A DNA stretch of 64,000 bases. Origin: Candidatus Levyibacteriota bacterium. GTDB taxonomy: Bacteria; Patescibacteriota; Microgenomatia; Levybacterales; UBA12049. The position numbers and the translations under genes were made by a program. The notes beneath the pieces are model-generated. The model saw only the letters and a list, made by a program, of their open reading frames with translations, was not told the DNA's origin and made no database searches. Every line of letters starts with the position of its first letter. Within the stretch, counting starts at the first letter, position 1. The stretch is from the NCBI GenBank assembly GCA_029260965.1, contig JAJDCG010000002.1, positions 60,523-124,522 on the forward strand, read 5' to 3'. Of this stretch, positions 56,401-64,000 are shown piece by piece.

Positions 56401-56714
56401 GTTTTTTGAAGTGCAATCCCGCAGTTTAAAGCAGTTTGTCCTCCGAATGAGAGGAGTATACCGTCGGGTTTTTCTTTTTCAATTATTTTTTCGACAAATT
56501 CTGGGGTGACAGGAAGAAAATATACTTCATCTGCAAGTTCTTTTGAAGTCTGTATAGTTGCGATATTTGGATTAACCAAAATTGTCCTGATGCCTTCTTC
56601 TTTGAGTGCTTTTATTGCCTGGGATCCAGAGTAATCAAACTCTCCTGCCTCGCCAATTTTTAGGGCACCTGATCCCAGTATTAACACATGTTTTATTCGT
56701 TTATTTTTTTTCAT
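53487..56714 (-). CDS. carB: Carbamoyl-phosphate synthase large subunit
   Basis: 1075 aa with duplicated ATP-grasp halves (two 'ILGT..' / 'GVHSGDS' blocks), an oligomerisation domain and an MGS-like C-terminus. Confidence 0.95.
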   Translation of the reverse strand: MKKNKRIKHVLILGSGALKIGEAGEFDYSGSQAIKALKEEGIRTILVNPNIATIQTSKELADEVYFLPVTPEFVEKIIEKEKPDGILLSFGGQTALNCGIALQKTGILKKYNVQILGTPISAIMLTEDRNKFANHLHKINIPTPESRAARSIDNAIKIAKKIGYPVMVRAGFALGGQGSGVVYDEKNLIKTAQHALAFAPQILIEKYLHHFKEIEYEVVRDKYDNCITVCNMENMDPLGIHTGESIVVAPSQTLNNQEYHELRRASIEIVRSLGIVGECNVQFALNPRPQRSRFERWQNEQLLDYFVIEVNARLSRSSALASKATGYPLAYIAAKLGIGYGLTEIKNKVTGATSACFEPALDYVVTKIPRWDMEKFKGADKKLGSSMKSVGEVMGIGRTFEESYQKAIRMLDMNYEGAVSENENKKTSEILEGVKNPTPQRMFDIASALKKGFSVKEVHKLSGVDPWFLHRIKNITNHEDELSKNKILDRNKLLELKQLGFSDKRIGNIIGKKGLEIRKIRKAFKIIPSVLQIDTLASEFPAITNYLYMTYNANHSDIKPSRKNSVIVLGSGPYHIGSSVEFDWCSVNTVMNLKKHKKQSIIINCNPETVSTDYDISDKLYFEELTFEKIADIYEYENPDGVIVSVGGQTPNNRAKALHKYGAKILGTNPVDIDRAEDRNKFSSLLDKLKIKQPAWNAFSDLENAEKFAEKVGYPVLIRPSFVLSGSAMNICFDKKDLKTYLKEAASVSKKYPVTVSKFFEQAKEIELDGIAQNGSIKASVISEHIEYAGVHSGDASIVLPADRVNTKTKNEMHKISEKLAKELNITGPFNIQFLAKDNEVFIIEINLRASRTFPFIAKVTGINLIELFVNSLYKKNIKYIKTPKLKSTAIKVAQFSFTRLAGAQPMLGVEMASTGEVACFGADREEAFLKGIIATGGKIPKKGIFISLGGDKKKQDLLRSVLKLKNFGVTLFATEKTAKFLNQNGLKVKSLYKIHEKKSPNILDNFRNKKVDLVINIVDKNIKKEINDDHAIRRMASDNNILILTKIKKAELFINSITDKKFDDLMIKSWSEYI

Positions 56715-57747
56715 AATTTTTAATTTTTTTTAGGAAGTAGTCAAAAATCCACTCTGTGTCTTTTGGTCCAGGTGTCGCTTCTGGATGGAACTGTACTGAC
56801 ATGAATGGATATTTTTTGTGAATTATTCCTTCGATGCTGCCATCGTTGCCGTTTGTGAACCATCTATTAAATCCTGGTGGCACCTTGCCTACTGCAAAGC
56901 CATGATTCTGAGTTGTGATATAGCATTTTTTTGAATCTTGTAGAATACAGGGTTGATTTTGACTACGGTGACCGTATTTTAGTTTGTATGTATCTCCACC
57001 TGCAGCAAGAGCAAGTAATTGATTGCCGAGACAAATTCCAAGCGTAGGTAATTTTCTATCCAGTGCCTTTTTGATAATCGATATAGTTTTTTTTGCTTTT
57101 TTGGGATCTCCAGGACCGTTTGAAATAAATAATGCATCAAATTTGAGATTTTTTTCAAAAGGATCATAATCCCAGGGTACAGTAATTGTTTTCACTCCTC
57201 TTTTTAGAAAACATCTCCTGATATTATTTTTGGCACCGCAATCGATGATAACAATAGTTTTGTCTCCCTTTCCATGTTCGAGAATCTTTTTAGTTGAAAC
57301 ACTCTCGACTATGTTTATTTTGTTCGGATCAAAAAAGTCTATGTTTTTTTTGAAGTTAATTTTGCCGAGCATAACTCCTTTTTCTCTGAGATGTTTTGTT
57401 AAAAATCTCGTATCTTTTATAATGAGTGCTGGTATCTTTTCTTGCTTGAGCCATTGCGATAATGTTTTTTTTGATTGATGATGAGAAGGCCTGTCTATGT
57501 AGTCAGAGACAATAAGACCTGAGACCTGTATGCGGTCAGATTCCCAGTATTTTTTGTCTGGTACGCCGTAGTTTCCGATTAATGGATATGTAAGAATGAG
57601 GATTTGTCCTGCAAATGAGGGGTCAGTGAGTGTCTCTGTGTAGCCAGTCATGCCAGTTGCGAAGACGGTTTCGCCTGATGTTTCCGTTATTGCGCCAAAA
57701 GGCTTGCCATCTATTTCTGTTCCGTCTTCAAGTATCAGTTTGCCCAT
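56701..57747 (-). CDS. carA: Carbamoyl-phosphate synthase small subunit (glutamine amidotransferase)
   Basis: CPSase_sm_chain N-domain and class I GATase with 'GICLGNQLLA' (Cys nucleophile) and 'VQFHPE'. Confidence 0.9.
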   Translation of the reverse strand: MGKLILEDGTEIDGKPFGAITETSGETVFATGMTGYTETLTDPSFAGQILILTYPLIGNYGVPDKKYWESDRIQVSGLIVSDYIDRPSHHQSKKTLSQWLKQEKIPALIIKDTRFLTKHLREKGVMLGKINFKKNIDFFDPNKINIVESVSTKKILEHGKGDKTIVIIDCGAKNNIRRCFLKRGVKTITVPWDYDPFEKNLKFDALFISNGPGDPKKAKKTISIIKKALDRKLPTLGICLGNQLLALAAGGDTYKLKYGHRSQNQPCILQDSKKCYITTQNHGFAVGKVPPGFNRWFTNGNDGSIEGIIHKKYPFMSVQFHPEATPGPKDTEWIFDYFLKKIKNYEKK

Positions 57748-57765
57748 ATTTATGAATTATGAATA

Positions 57766-57807
57766 AAGAATTATGAATTATGGATTATTTTTTAATTCAT
57801 AATTCTT
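57766..57807 (-). promoter_or_regulatory. Perfect 15-bp inverted repeat in the pyrB-carA intergenic spacer (candidate operator/attenuator)
   Basis: 'AAGAATTATGAATTA-n12-TAATTCATAATTCTT'. Flanked by direct repeats of ATGAATTATG. Confidence 0.4.
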
Positions 57808-57822
57808 AGCTCCTAATTCAAT

Positions 57823-58800
57823 TTATGCTTTTTCTAAGATCAGCGCCAGCAATGCCATTCTGATATACATTCCGTTTCTTATTTGTGTTCGGAGATATAC
57901 AGCTCTTGGATCTTTGTCAACTGATTCATCAATTTCGCCTACTCTGGGAAGCGGATGCATAATTATTGTGTTTTTTCCAGCGTAATTATTTACCAAATCT
58001 TTTGTAACAATAAATTTATTTTTTACTTTTTCATAGTCGTTGATAGATGGGAATCTCTCTTTTTGCACCCTGGTCCAATACCAAAAATCAGCATTTTTAG
58101 GTATATCTTTTTCGCTATTTATTTCAATTAGGTTTATTCCTCTTTTCTGAAAGTTGGAAAAGTCTTGTCTTGATAGTTTGAGTTCATCAGGGGATAATAG
58201 ATAAAGAGTGATATCTTTATAAAGAGAAAGACCCTTTATTAATGCTTTTACTGTTCTTCCATTCAACATATCTCCTCCAATTACTCCAGTAAGATTATCT
58301 AAGCGATTAAATTTTTCATAGATGGTATAAAGATCAAGCAGTGCCTGAGTGGGATGTTCCCCTATTCCATCACCAGCGTTTATTATGGGTACAAAAAATG
58401 CAGCTTCTGCTGCATCTTGAGCTGATCCGATTTGTGGATGGCGCATAACAATTGCATCGCAGTATGCTTCAAAAACTCTGATAGTATCTTCAAATGTTTC
58501 ACCTTTTGAAACTGATGAGAAGTGTTGTGGATCTTGAATTTCAACAGTCTGTCCCCCTAATTGCTTTATTGCAGCAGCAAATGAGCCAAATGTTCTACTG
58601 GATGGTTCATAGAAAAGAAGAGTGACAATTTTTCCTGCAAGCAGAGAGGATGGAATAGCATTTATGGCTATTTTTTTCATTTTGTCAGTTGCATTAAAAA
58701 GGATTGAGAGGTCGGTTGGTGTAAATTGATCAAGCGATATGATGTCCTTTTTTTTAAAGTCACCATTTATTTTTTCTATGCTTGATTGAATATTGCCCAT
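57823..58800 (-). CDS. pyrB: Aspartate carbamoyltransferase catalytic subunit
   Basis: 'FYEPSSRT' (carbamoyl-phosphate binding), 'HPTQALLD' and 'HPLP' motifs favour ATCase over OTCase. Head of the pyr cluster. Confidence 0.8.
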   Translation of the reverse strand: MGNIQSSIEKINGDFKKKDIISLDQFTPTDLSILFNATDKMKKIAINAIPSSLLAGKIVTLLFYEPSSRTFGSFAAAIKQLGGQTVEIQDPQHFSSVSKGETFEDTIRVFEAYCDAIVMRHPQIGSAQDAAEAAFFVPIINAGDGIGEHPTQALLDLYTIYEKFNRLDNLTGVIGGDMLNGRTVKALIKGLSLYKDITLYLLSPDELKLSRQDFSNFQKRGINLIEINSEKDIPKNADFWYWTRVQKERFPSINDYEKVKNKFIVTKDLVNNYAGKNTIIMHPLPRVGEIDESVDKDPRAVYLRTQIRNGMYIRMALLALILEKA

Positions 58801-58806
58801 AAAAAA

Positions 58807-58845
58807 TCAGAACCCTTTTAGCCTTACAGGCAGGTATGGTTCTGA
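58807..58845 (-). terminator. Terminator/attenuator-like hairpin + T6 immediately upstream of the pyrB start codon
   Basis: On the mRNA: UCAGAACC-(23-nt loop)-GGUUCUGA-UUUUUU-AUG(pyrB). The only SD-like AAAGGG sits inside the 3' stem. Confidence 0.5.
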
Positions 58846-58890
58846 AATAATAATTTACCAGAATAAGTATGTTTAGTCAATGAGGGAAAA

Positions 58891-59769
58891 TTATCGTTTG
58901 AGTATAATTGACAATATTTTTTGAGCTGTATTTACGGTTTTTTCGGATTTAACTTTTTGAGGGTTTACTTCTGCTAGGTCAAGTGAAAAGGAGTTGTGGC
59001 TTGAAATAAGCGTGAGCAATTCATGAACATCCTCTATTTGAAGACCGTTTTCTGCAGGTATTCCCGTTGCAGCTGCAATCGATCTGTCTAGGCAATCTAT
59101 GTCAAAGCTTACATGGAGGTGTTCAAATCTTTTTATAAAATTATTAAATATACTAATATTTTTTGATTTTTCAGTTCGTAGACTTGTAGAATTTATATTC
59201 ATTATTTTATTTTTCTCAAAAAGCTCTTTTTCTTTTTCATCAAGATCAAGATTTCCTATATAAAGTAAATTTTTATATGGAGTTTTTTGGGGAGAAAGTT
59301 CCTCAATTTCTGGTATGTCAAATTGATCAAAAAGTGGGCGCATATACATCCCATGAAAATTATCAGTTGGACTGTCTTTTGCGAGATTTATATCACCGTG
59401 TGAGTCGAAATGAATATGTCCAATTTGAATGTTTTTTTTCATGATTACAGCAAGTTTTGATGGAAGTGATATGCAGTGATCTCCCCCTATTACAACCTGT
59501 ATTTCATCAGGTTTTATAGAGTTAGCTATCTGATGAGAAAATTTTTTAATTTCTTCGGCAAGAATTTTATAGAATTTTTCTTTGTTCAATGTTTCTGGTT
59601 TTGAAAAATTAAATTTTGATATTTTAAAATTTTTGAATTCTTGTAGAAAATTATCTGTCAAAATTGCATCTGGTCCTAGTTCTACTCCGAGATTGAGTTT
59701 AGCTTGATGAATCGGTATGTTTTTGATTCCTATTCTTGAGTATGCTTTGAAAAAATGAATCTTTTTCAT
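58891..59769 (-). CDS. Arginase/agmatinase/formiminoglutamase-family ureohydrolase
   Basis: Mn-binding motifs 'VIGGDHCIS', 'HFDSHGD' and 'SFDIDCLD'. Confidence 0.8.
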   Translation of the reverse strand: MKKIHFFKAYSRIGIKNIPIHQAKLNLGVELGPDAILTDNFLQEFKNFKISKFNFSKPETLNKEKFYKILAEEIKKFSHQIANSIKPDEIQVVIGGDHCISLPSKLAVIMKKNIQIGHIHFDSHGDINLAKDSPTDNFHGMYMRPLFDQFDIPEIEELSPQKTPYKNLLYIGNLDLDEKEKELFEKNKIMNINSTSLRTEKSKNISIFNNFIKRFEHLHVSFDIDCLDRSIAAATGIPAENGLQIEDVHELLTLISSHNSFSLDLAEVNPQKVKSEKTVNTAQKILSIILKR

Positions 59770-60626
59770 TTGCTTTGTTTCTCAGTTGCGGTTATGAGGT
59801 TTTCCATAAGTTTGGCTACATTTACAGGTCCTGTTCCACCTGGTGTTGGTGTATAGTATCCGGCTATGTCTTTTATTTTTTCTACATCATAATCGCCTTT
59901 TAATTTTCCGTCTTCCCCCCTTAGTATGCCAACTCCCACTAGTATCACGCCATTTTTGATTTTTTCTGGAGTGACTATATTTTCCCGTCCAACTGCTCCA
60001 ATTATGACATCAGCATGCATCATCTTTTTTTCTGGATCGACTGTCTTACTGTCAATAAGTGTAAATGGCACATCAAGTTTTTTCAGGTAGTCCATGATAG
60101 GGCCTCCGCCAGTTGGACCTTTGCCGAGGATAACAATGTTTTGGGCTTTTAGCCAAGATAAAAAATCTAAATTTGCTAGTTTCGACTCCGAATTTTTGAG
60201 TGTATAAATTTCCTCCAAAATCCTGACAACAGCTAGTGGTAGTGGCAGTGTATATGGTGAGTTTGGGTGAAATCCGTCAATATCCTTTTCGGGGTTTGTG
60301 TGCATTTCAAGTTTTTCAACATTTATTTGATCAGGAAGTGGTCGTTGTATTAGTATTCCGTGAACAGATGGGTCATCATTTAGTTTATTTAATTTCTCAA
60401 GCAGTTCACCAGTTGTCACGCTGGGCAGGTAATTTAAAACTGTAACTCTGGCACCTATTTCCTCACCCTTTTTTTGTTTAAGTGTTACGTATGCTACTGA
60501 TGCTGGATTTTCTCCAACTAGTATGACTGCGAGATGAGGAATTATGTTTTTTTTATTTAACTCCCCTACTCTTTTTTTAAGATCAACGTAAATTTTTTCA
60601 GCTATTTCTTTTCCATTTATTTGCAT
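59766..60626 (-). CDS. folD: Bifunctional methylenetetrahydrofolate dehydrogenase/cyclohydrolase
   Basis: 'LAVILVGENPASVAYV..K' and 'HGILIQRPLP' are THF_DHG_CYH motifs. NAD(P)-binding 'VILGKGPTGGGP'. Confidence 0.9.
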   Translation of the reverse strand: MQINGKEIAEKIYVDLKKRVGELNKKNIIPHLAVILVGENPASVAYVTLKQKKGEEIGARVTVLNYLPSVTTGELLEKLNKLNDDPSVHGILIQRPLPDQINVEKLEMHTNPEKDIDGFHPNSPYTLPLPLAVVRILEEIYTLKNSESKLANLDFLSWLKAQNIVILGKGPTGGGPIMDYLKKLDVPFTLIDSKTVDPEKKMMHADVIIGAVGRENIVTPEKIKNGVILVGVGILRGEDGKLKGDYDVEKIKDIAGYYTPTPGGTGPVNVAKLMENLITATEKQSK

Positions 60627-60710
60627 AGATTTACATTATAACGAGATTTGTTTTTAAATAAAATACCAAAAGTTAATAATTCCTAGTATACATGCATATT
60701 GGTTATAGAA

Positions 60711-61040
60711 CTATATCTTGCATTTGCAATTTTTTGATTTGAGGATCTGCCTTTGTTCATCTCGAGTATTTATGAGTTTATTTTGTCTTGGGGAACCAGT
60801 TGCGTAAATCTTGTTTAAGTTGCTTTTGTGGTTGTATCCCCTGCTCATCATTTCGTCTACAAGCTTTTCATGTCTATTAAAAAGTGACTTTTGTTTATCA
60901 ACCCATCTTTTAGTTTCAGGATGTTTGGAATATCCTTTTTTGTTCTTAGTAATTATATTCCAGATGGCGTGTAGCTCGCGGTGTTCGCCTAAGAGGTGTT
61001 GGCGGCAAAGAATTGATGGAGGTAGATCCCAAATACGCAT
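60711..61040 (-). CDS. Pyrimidine-dimer DNA glycosylase (T4 endonuclease V-like, Pyr_excise family)
   Basis: 'MRIWDLPPSILCRQHLLGEHRELHAIW' is the conserved N-terminus of the family. Confidence 0.75.
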   Translation of the reverse strand: MRIWDLPPSILCRQHLLGEHRELHAIWNIITKNKKGYSKHPETKRWVDKQKSLFNRHEKLVDEMMSRGYNHKSNLNKIYATGSPRQNKLINTRDEQRQILKSKNCKCKI

Positions 61041-61155
61041 TTATAGTATTGTAGCAAATTTATAAAACTAATTATTTTTCAGGATTTGTGCTCTCTAATT
61101 ATTCCGTGGACCTTCTTTCATAAAATGGACTAAAAACATTTTCATCAATTTGTTT

Positions 61156-63678
61156 TTATTCCTGTGTAGCTGGAGTGGGAGTTGTAGTTTTTTCAATACA
61201 AGTAGCTGAACCTACGCCATCAGAGTTATCCGAAAAACGCATCAGAATTACTCCTTGGGTATTGCGTGAGAGCTGAGGAATATCATTGGTCGAGAGTTTA
61301 ACGATTTGTCCTTTTTTCGATGTGATAATAATTTCATCACATCCTGTTGGGATTACCTGAGCGATGACAACATCACCTGTTCGTTCAGTAACCTTAGCGA
61401 CTTTGACGCCTTGTCCTCCCCTGCCTTGAAGTGGAAATTGTGTATTAAGCGTTTTTTTGCCAAGTCCATTTTCCATGATTGTTAGGAGGTCTGCCTTATC
61501 ACCTTTGGTGATCACATCCATACCGATTACCTGATCTGATTTGTGGTCAATCTTGATTCCGCGGACACCTGTGGTCGCACGTCCCATTGCACGGACCTGT
61601 TCTTCTGAGAACTTTATTGCTTTACCTTTTTTGGTAACAATTAAAACCTGGTCTTTACCATTGGTTATATTGCTCCAGACCAGCTCGTCACCTTTGTCCA
61701 GGCGGATTGCGATCATGCCGTTGCGGCGGATATTTTCAAATTCTGAGAGTTTACTTTTTTTGACAGTACCATTGCGGGTTGTTAAGAAAACAAACCCTGA
61801 TTTGACTGTTTTATCCATCACTATAAATGATTCCACCTTTTCACCTTGTTCGATGTTGAGAAGATTTACAATCGCACTTCCCTTGCTGGTACGCGAGGAT
61901 TCAGCAATTTCGTATGCGCGTAGTGCGTATGCTTTTCCTTTGTTGGTAAAAAAGATAATGTTATCATGAGTTTGCGCATAGCGAATGTGTGCGATTCCAT
62001 CTTCGTCTTTTATGTTCATGCCGATAACACCCTTGCCTCCACGGTGTTGGGTATGAAAAGATGTTAGGGATTGTCTTTTAATGTAGCCTGTGTTGGTGAG
62101 GGTTATGACTGTTGGTTCATTGGCGATTAGATCTTCTTCTGAAAACTCGCCTACTTTACCTTTGTAGACTTTGGTGCGCCTCGGATCTGCATATTTTTCT
62201 TTGAGTTTTAGAACCTCACCTTTTATCACATCAAGAATTTTTTCATAGTGAGCGAGCAGGTCTTCGAGATATGCAATTGTTTCCTTGACCATTAGGAGTT
62301 CATCTTCAATTTTTTGCCTTTCGAGTGCAGCCAGGCGACGTAGTTGCATGTCAAGGATTGCAACTGATTGGAGTTCTGAGAGTTTGAATTTTTTCATCAA
62401 GTTGCCCTTGGCGTCTTCTTGGTCTTTGGATTCTCGGATGGTTCGTATAACTGCATCGATATTATCAACTGCTATTTTGAGCCCCTCAAGGATATGAAGT
62501 CTTGCTTTTGCCTGTCTTAATTCAAATTCTGATCTTTTTTTTATCACTACATATCGATGTTTTATATACTCCTCGATGATGAGTTTGAGATTTAATGTTT
62601 GTGGTGTGCCATCTACAAGTGCGACCATATTGACAGGAAAACTGGTCTGCATGGATGTATGCTTGAAAAGATTATTAAGAACTTTTTTAGGGAATGCATC
62701 TCGTTTGAGTTCGATGTAAATTCTCATTCCACGTCTGTCTGATTCGTCTCTGAGATCTGAGATGCCGTCAATTTTTTTATCTTTGGCAAGATCAGCAATT
62801 CTCGCGATGAGTTGCGCCTTGTTTACTTGATAAGGAAGCTCGGTTACGATAATTGCTGATTTTCCTTGTCCGATCTCCTCAATTTCTGCTTTTCCGCGGA
62901 TTATGATTTTGCCTCGTCCTGTGACATAAGCATTTCTGATTTCTGTCTGGTCATAAATAGCACCTGCTGTTGGGAAGTCAGGACCTTTTATGTATTCGAT
63001 CAGCTCATCAATTGAGACATCAGAAGTAAAGGCAAGTGTATCATCGTCTTTTTTTGGTTTTGCTTCCTTGTCCAATCGTGTTTTGGAGAGCATGAAAGTA
63101 ACTGCATCGATTACTTCACCGAGGTTATGTGGCGGTATCTTGGTTGCCATACCAACAGCGATTCCCTCGCTTCCCATTAAAAGAAGATTTGGTAGTCTTG
63201 CAGGTAGGTAAACAGGCTCATTGCGTGTGTTATCAAACGTTGGTGCATAGTCGACTGTCTCTTTATCAATATCAACAAGCATCTCGGCTGTAATTGCCTG
63301 CATCTTGGCCTCTGTATAACGCATAGCAGCAGGTGGGTCTCCGTCCACTGAGCCAAAATTTCCCTGGCCGTTGATGAGTGGGTATCTGACAGAAAAATCT
63401 TGTGCCAAGCGAACCATAGCATCATAAATCGCCGTATCACCGTGCGGATGATAGTTTCCCATAACTTCACCTACTACTTTTGCAGATTTGAGATATTTCG
63501 AAGTATGGCCAAGGCCCATTTCATGCATGGCATAAAGAATTCTGCGATGAACTGGTTTGAGGCCATCGCGTACATCAGGTAACGCACGCGCTACAATGAC
63601 AGACATCGCATAATTCAAATACGATTTCTTCATTTCCTCTGTTAGATTTGTTGGTTGTAATTTACCTATTTGTGCCAT
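61156..63678 (-). CDS. gyrA: DNA gyrase subunit A
   Basis: '[29 protein letters not shown]' includes the active-site Tyr region. C-terminal beta-pinwheel repeats follow. Confidence 0.95.
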   Translation of the reverse strand: MAQIGKLQPTNLTEEMKKSYLNYAMSVIVARALPDVRDGLKPVHRRILYAMHEMGLGHTSKYLKSAKVVGEVMGNYHPHGDTAIYDAMVRLAQDFSVRYPLINGQGNFGSVDGDPPAAMRYTEAKMQAITAEMLVDIDKETVDYAPTFDNTRNEPVYLPARLPNLLLMGSEGIAVGMATKIPPHNLGEVIDAVTFMLSKTRLDKEAKPKKDDDTLAFTSDVSIDELIEYIKGPDFPTAGAIYDQTEIRNAYVTGRGKIIIRGKAEIEEIGQGKSAIIVTELPYQVNKAQLIARIADLAKDKKIDGISDLRDESDRRGMRIYIELKRDAFPKKVLNNLFKHTSMQTSFPVNMVALVDGTPQTLNLKLIIEEYIKHRYVVIKKRSEFELRQAKARLHILEGLKIAVDNIDAVIRTIRESKDQEDAKGNLMKKFKLSELQSVAILDMQLRRLAALERQKIEDELLMVKETIAYLEDLLAHYEKILDVIKGEVLKLKEKYADPRRTKVYKGKVGEFSEEDLIANEPTVITLTNTGYIKRQSLTSFHTQHRGGKGVIGMNIKDEDGIAHIRYAQTHDNIIFFTNKGKAYALRAYEIAESSRTSKGSAIVNLLNIEQGEKVESFIVMDKTVKSGFVFLTTRNGTVKKSKLSEFENIRRNGMIAIRLDKGDELVWSNITNGKDQVLIVTKKGKAIKFSEEQVRAMGRATTGVRGIKIDHKSDQVIGMDVITKGDKADLLTIMENGLGKKTLNTQFPLQGRGGQGVKVAKVTERTGDVVIAQVIPTGCDEIIITSKKGQIVKLSTNDIPQLSRNTQGVILMRFSDNSDGVGSATCIEKTTTPTPATQE

Positions 63679-63690
63679 AATATAGTTTTA

Positions 63691-64000
63691 TTATTTGGAG
63701 AAACCCTCTTCTTTGAAGCGAGCGATACATTCATGAATGATTTTCTTCGCATCATTTATATCTCCCCAACCAAGAACTTTAGTTGTTCCAGGTTTTTTGA
63801 GATCTTTGTAATGAGCAAAATGAAACTCTATTTTTTCCATCCACCTTTTTCCAAGATCATCTATGGTTTTAATGCTGTCCCCTGTGTTGCGGTCATCTTC
63901 TGGAACACAGACAATTTTGTAATCCATTTCCCCGTCATCTTCAAAATTGAAGATACCGATGATTTTTGCATGAACCAGTACTCCAGTTGGGATTGGCTCT
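63691..64000 (-). CDS. ppa: Inorganic pyrophosphatase (family I), 5' end beyond the window edge
   Basis: 'EPIPTGVLVHAKIIGIFNFEDDGEMDYKIVCVPEDD...HFAHYKDL' are PPase motifs. The ORF continues past position 64000. Confidence 0.8.
   Translation of the reverse strand, partial: EPIPTGVLVHAKIIGIFNFEDDGEMDYKIVCVPEDDRNTGDSIKTIDDLGKRWMEKIEFHFAHYKDLKKPGTTKVLGWGDINDAKKIIHECIARFKEEGFSK

Noticed and set aside
1-64000. CRISPR arrays, rRNA genes, additional tRNAs
   Set aside because: No regularly spaced direct repeats were found. No rRNA-like conserved stretches were found. The larger intergenic regions were checked for T-arm (GGTTCGA-like) motifs, and only the tRNA-Leu at 35.6 kb was found.

Overview
The window looks like a low-GC, gene-dense bacterial chromosome segment with short genes, frequent 4-nt ATGA start/stop overlaps and standard code 11; several genes end in TGA. 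The small-genome features could fit Patescibacteria/CPR, but that is inference only. Most of the window is housekeeping. It holds an rpsF-ssb-rpsR operon, ychF, prfA, rpmE, hisS, dnaB, efp, a YebC-family regulator, gyrA and ppa (partial). It also holds a sensor kinase/response-regulator pair and a complete minus-strand de novo pyrimidine cluster, pyrB-carA-carB-pyrC-pyrD-pyrF-pyrE, followed by folD and an arginase-family gene. One tRNA-Leu(CAA) is present. No CRISPR arrays and no rRNA were found.

Four things stand out:
1. An accessory-looking block at roughly 6.7-12.8 kb. It contains a DUF4258/DUF2283 toxin-antitoxin-like pair flanked by mirror-ordered short repeats, a four-gene membrane/secreted operon of unknown function, three copies of a repeated extended -10 + ATGAATCT element at gene-block boundaries, and a Cys-rich unknown protein translationally coupled to an AstE/AspA-family hydrolase.
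2. A candidate peptide-modification system at 33.4-35.6 kb: a 7TM protein plus a fused RimK-like ATP-grasp/retropepsin-like protein.
3. An unusual ~1.1 kb region with no ORF of 60 aa or more (43.36-44.45 kb) with internal repeats and one perfect DnaA-box 9-mer. It lies next to a GH37 trehalase and a Xer-type tyrosine recombinase.
4. An HExxH protein gene split by a frameshift at an A8 homopolymer.

Smaller observations include attenuator-like hairpins in the pyr cluster, several probable leaderless genes, and small ORFs missed by the 60-aa ORF track.
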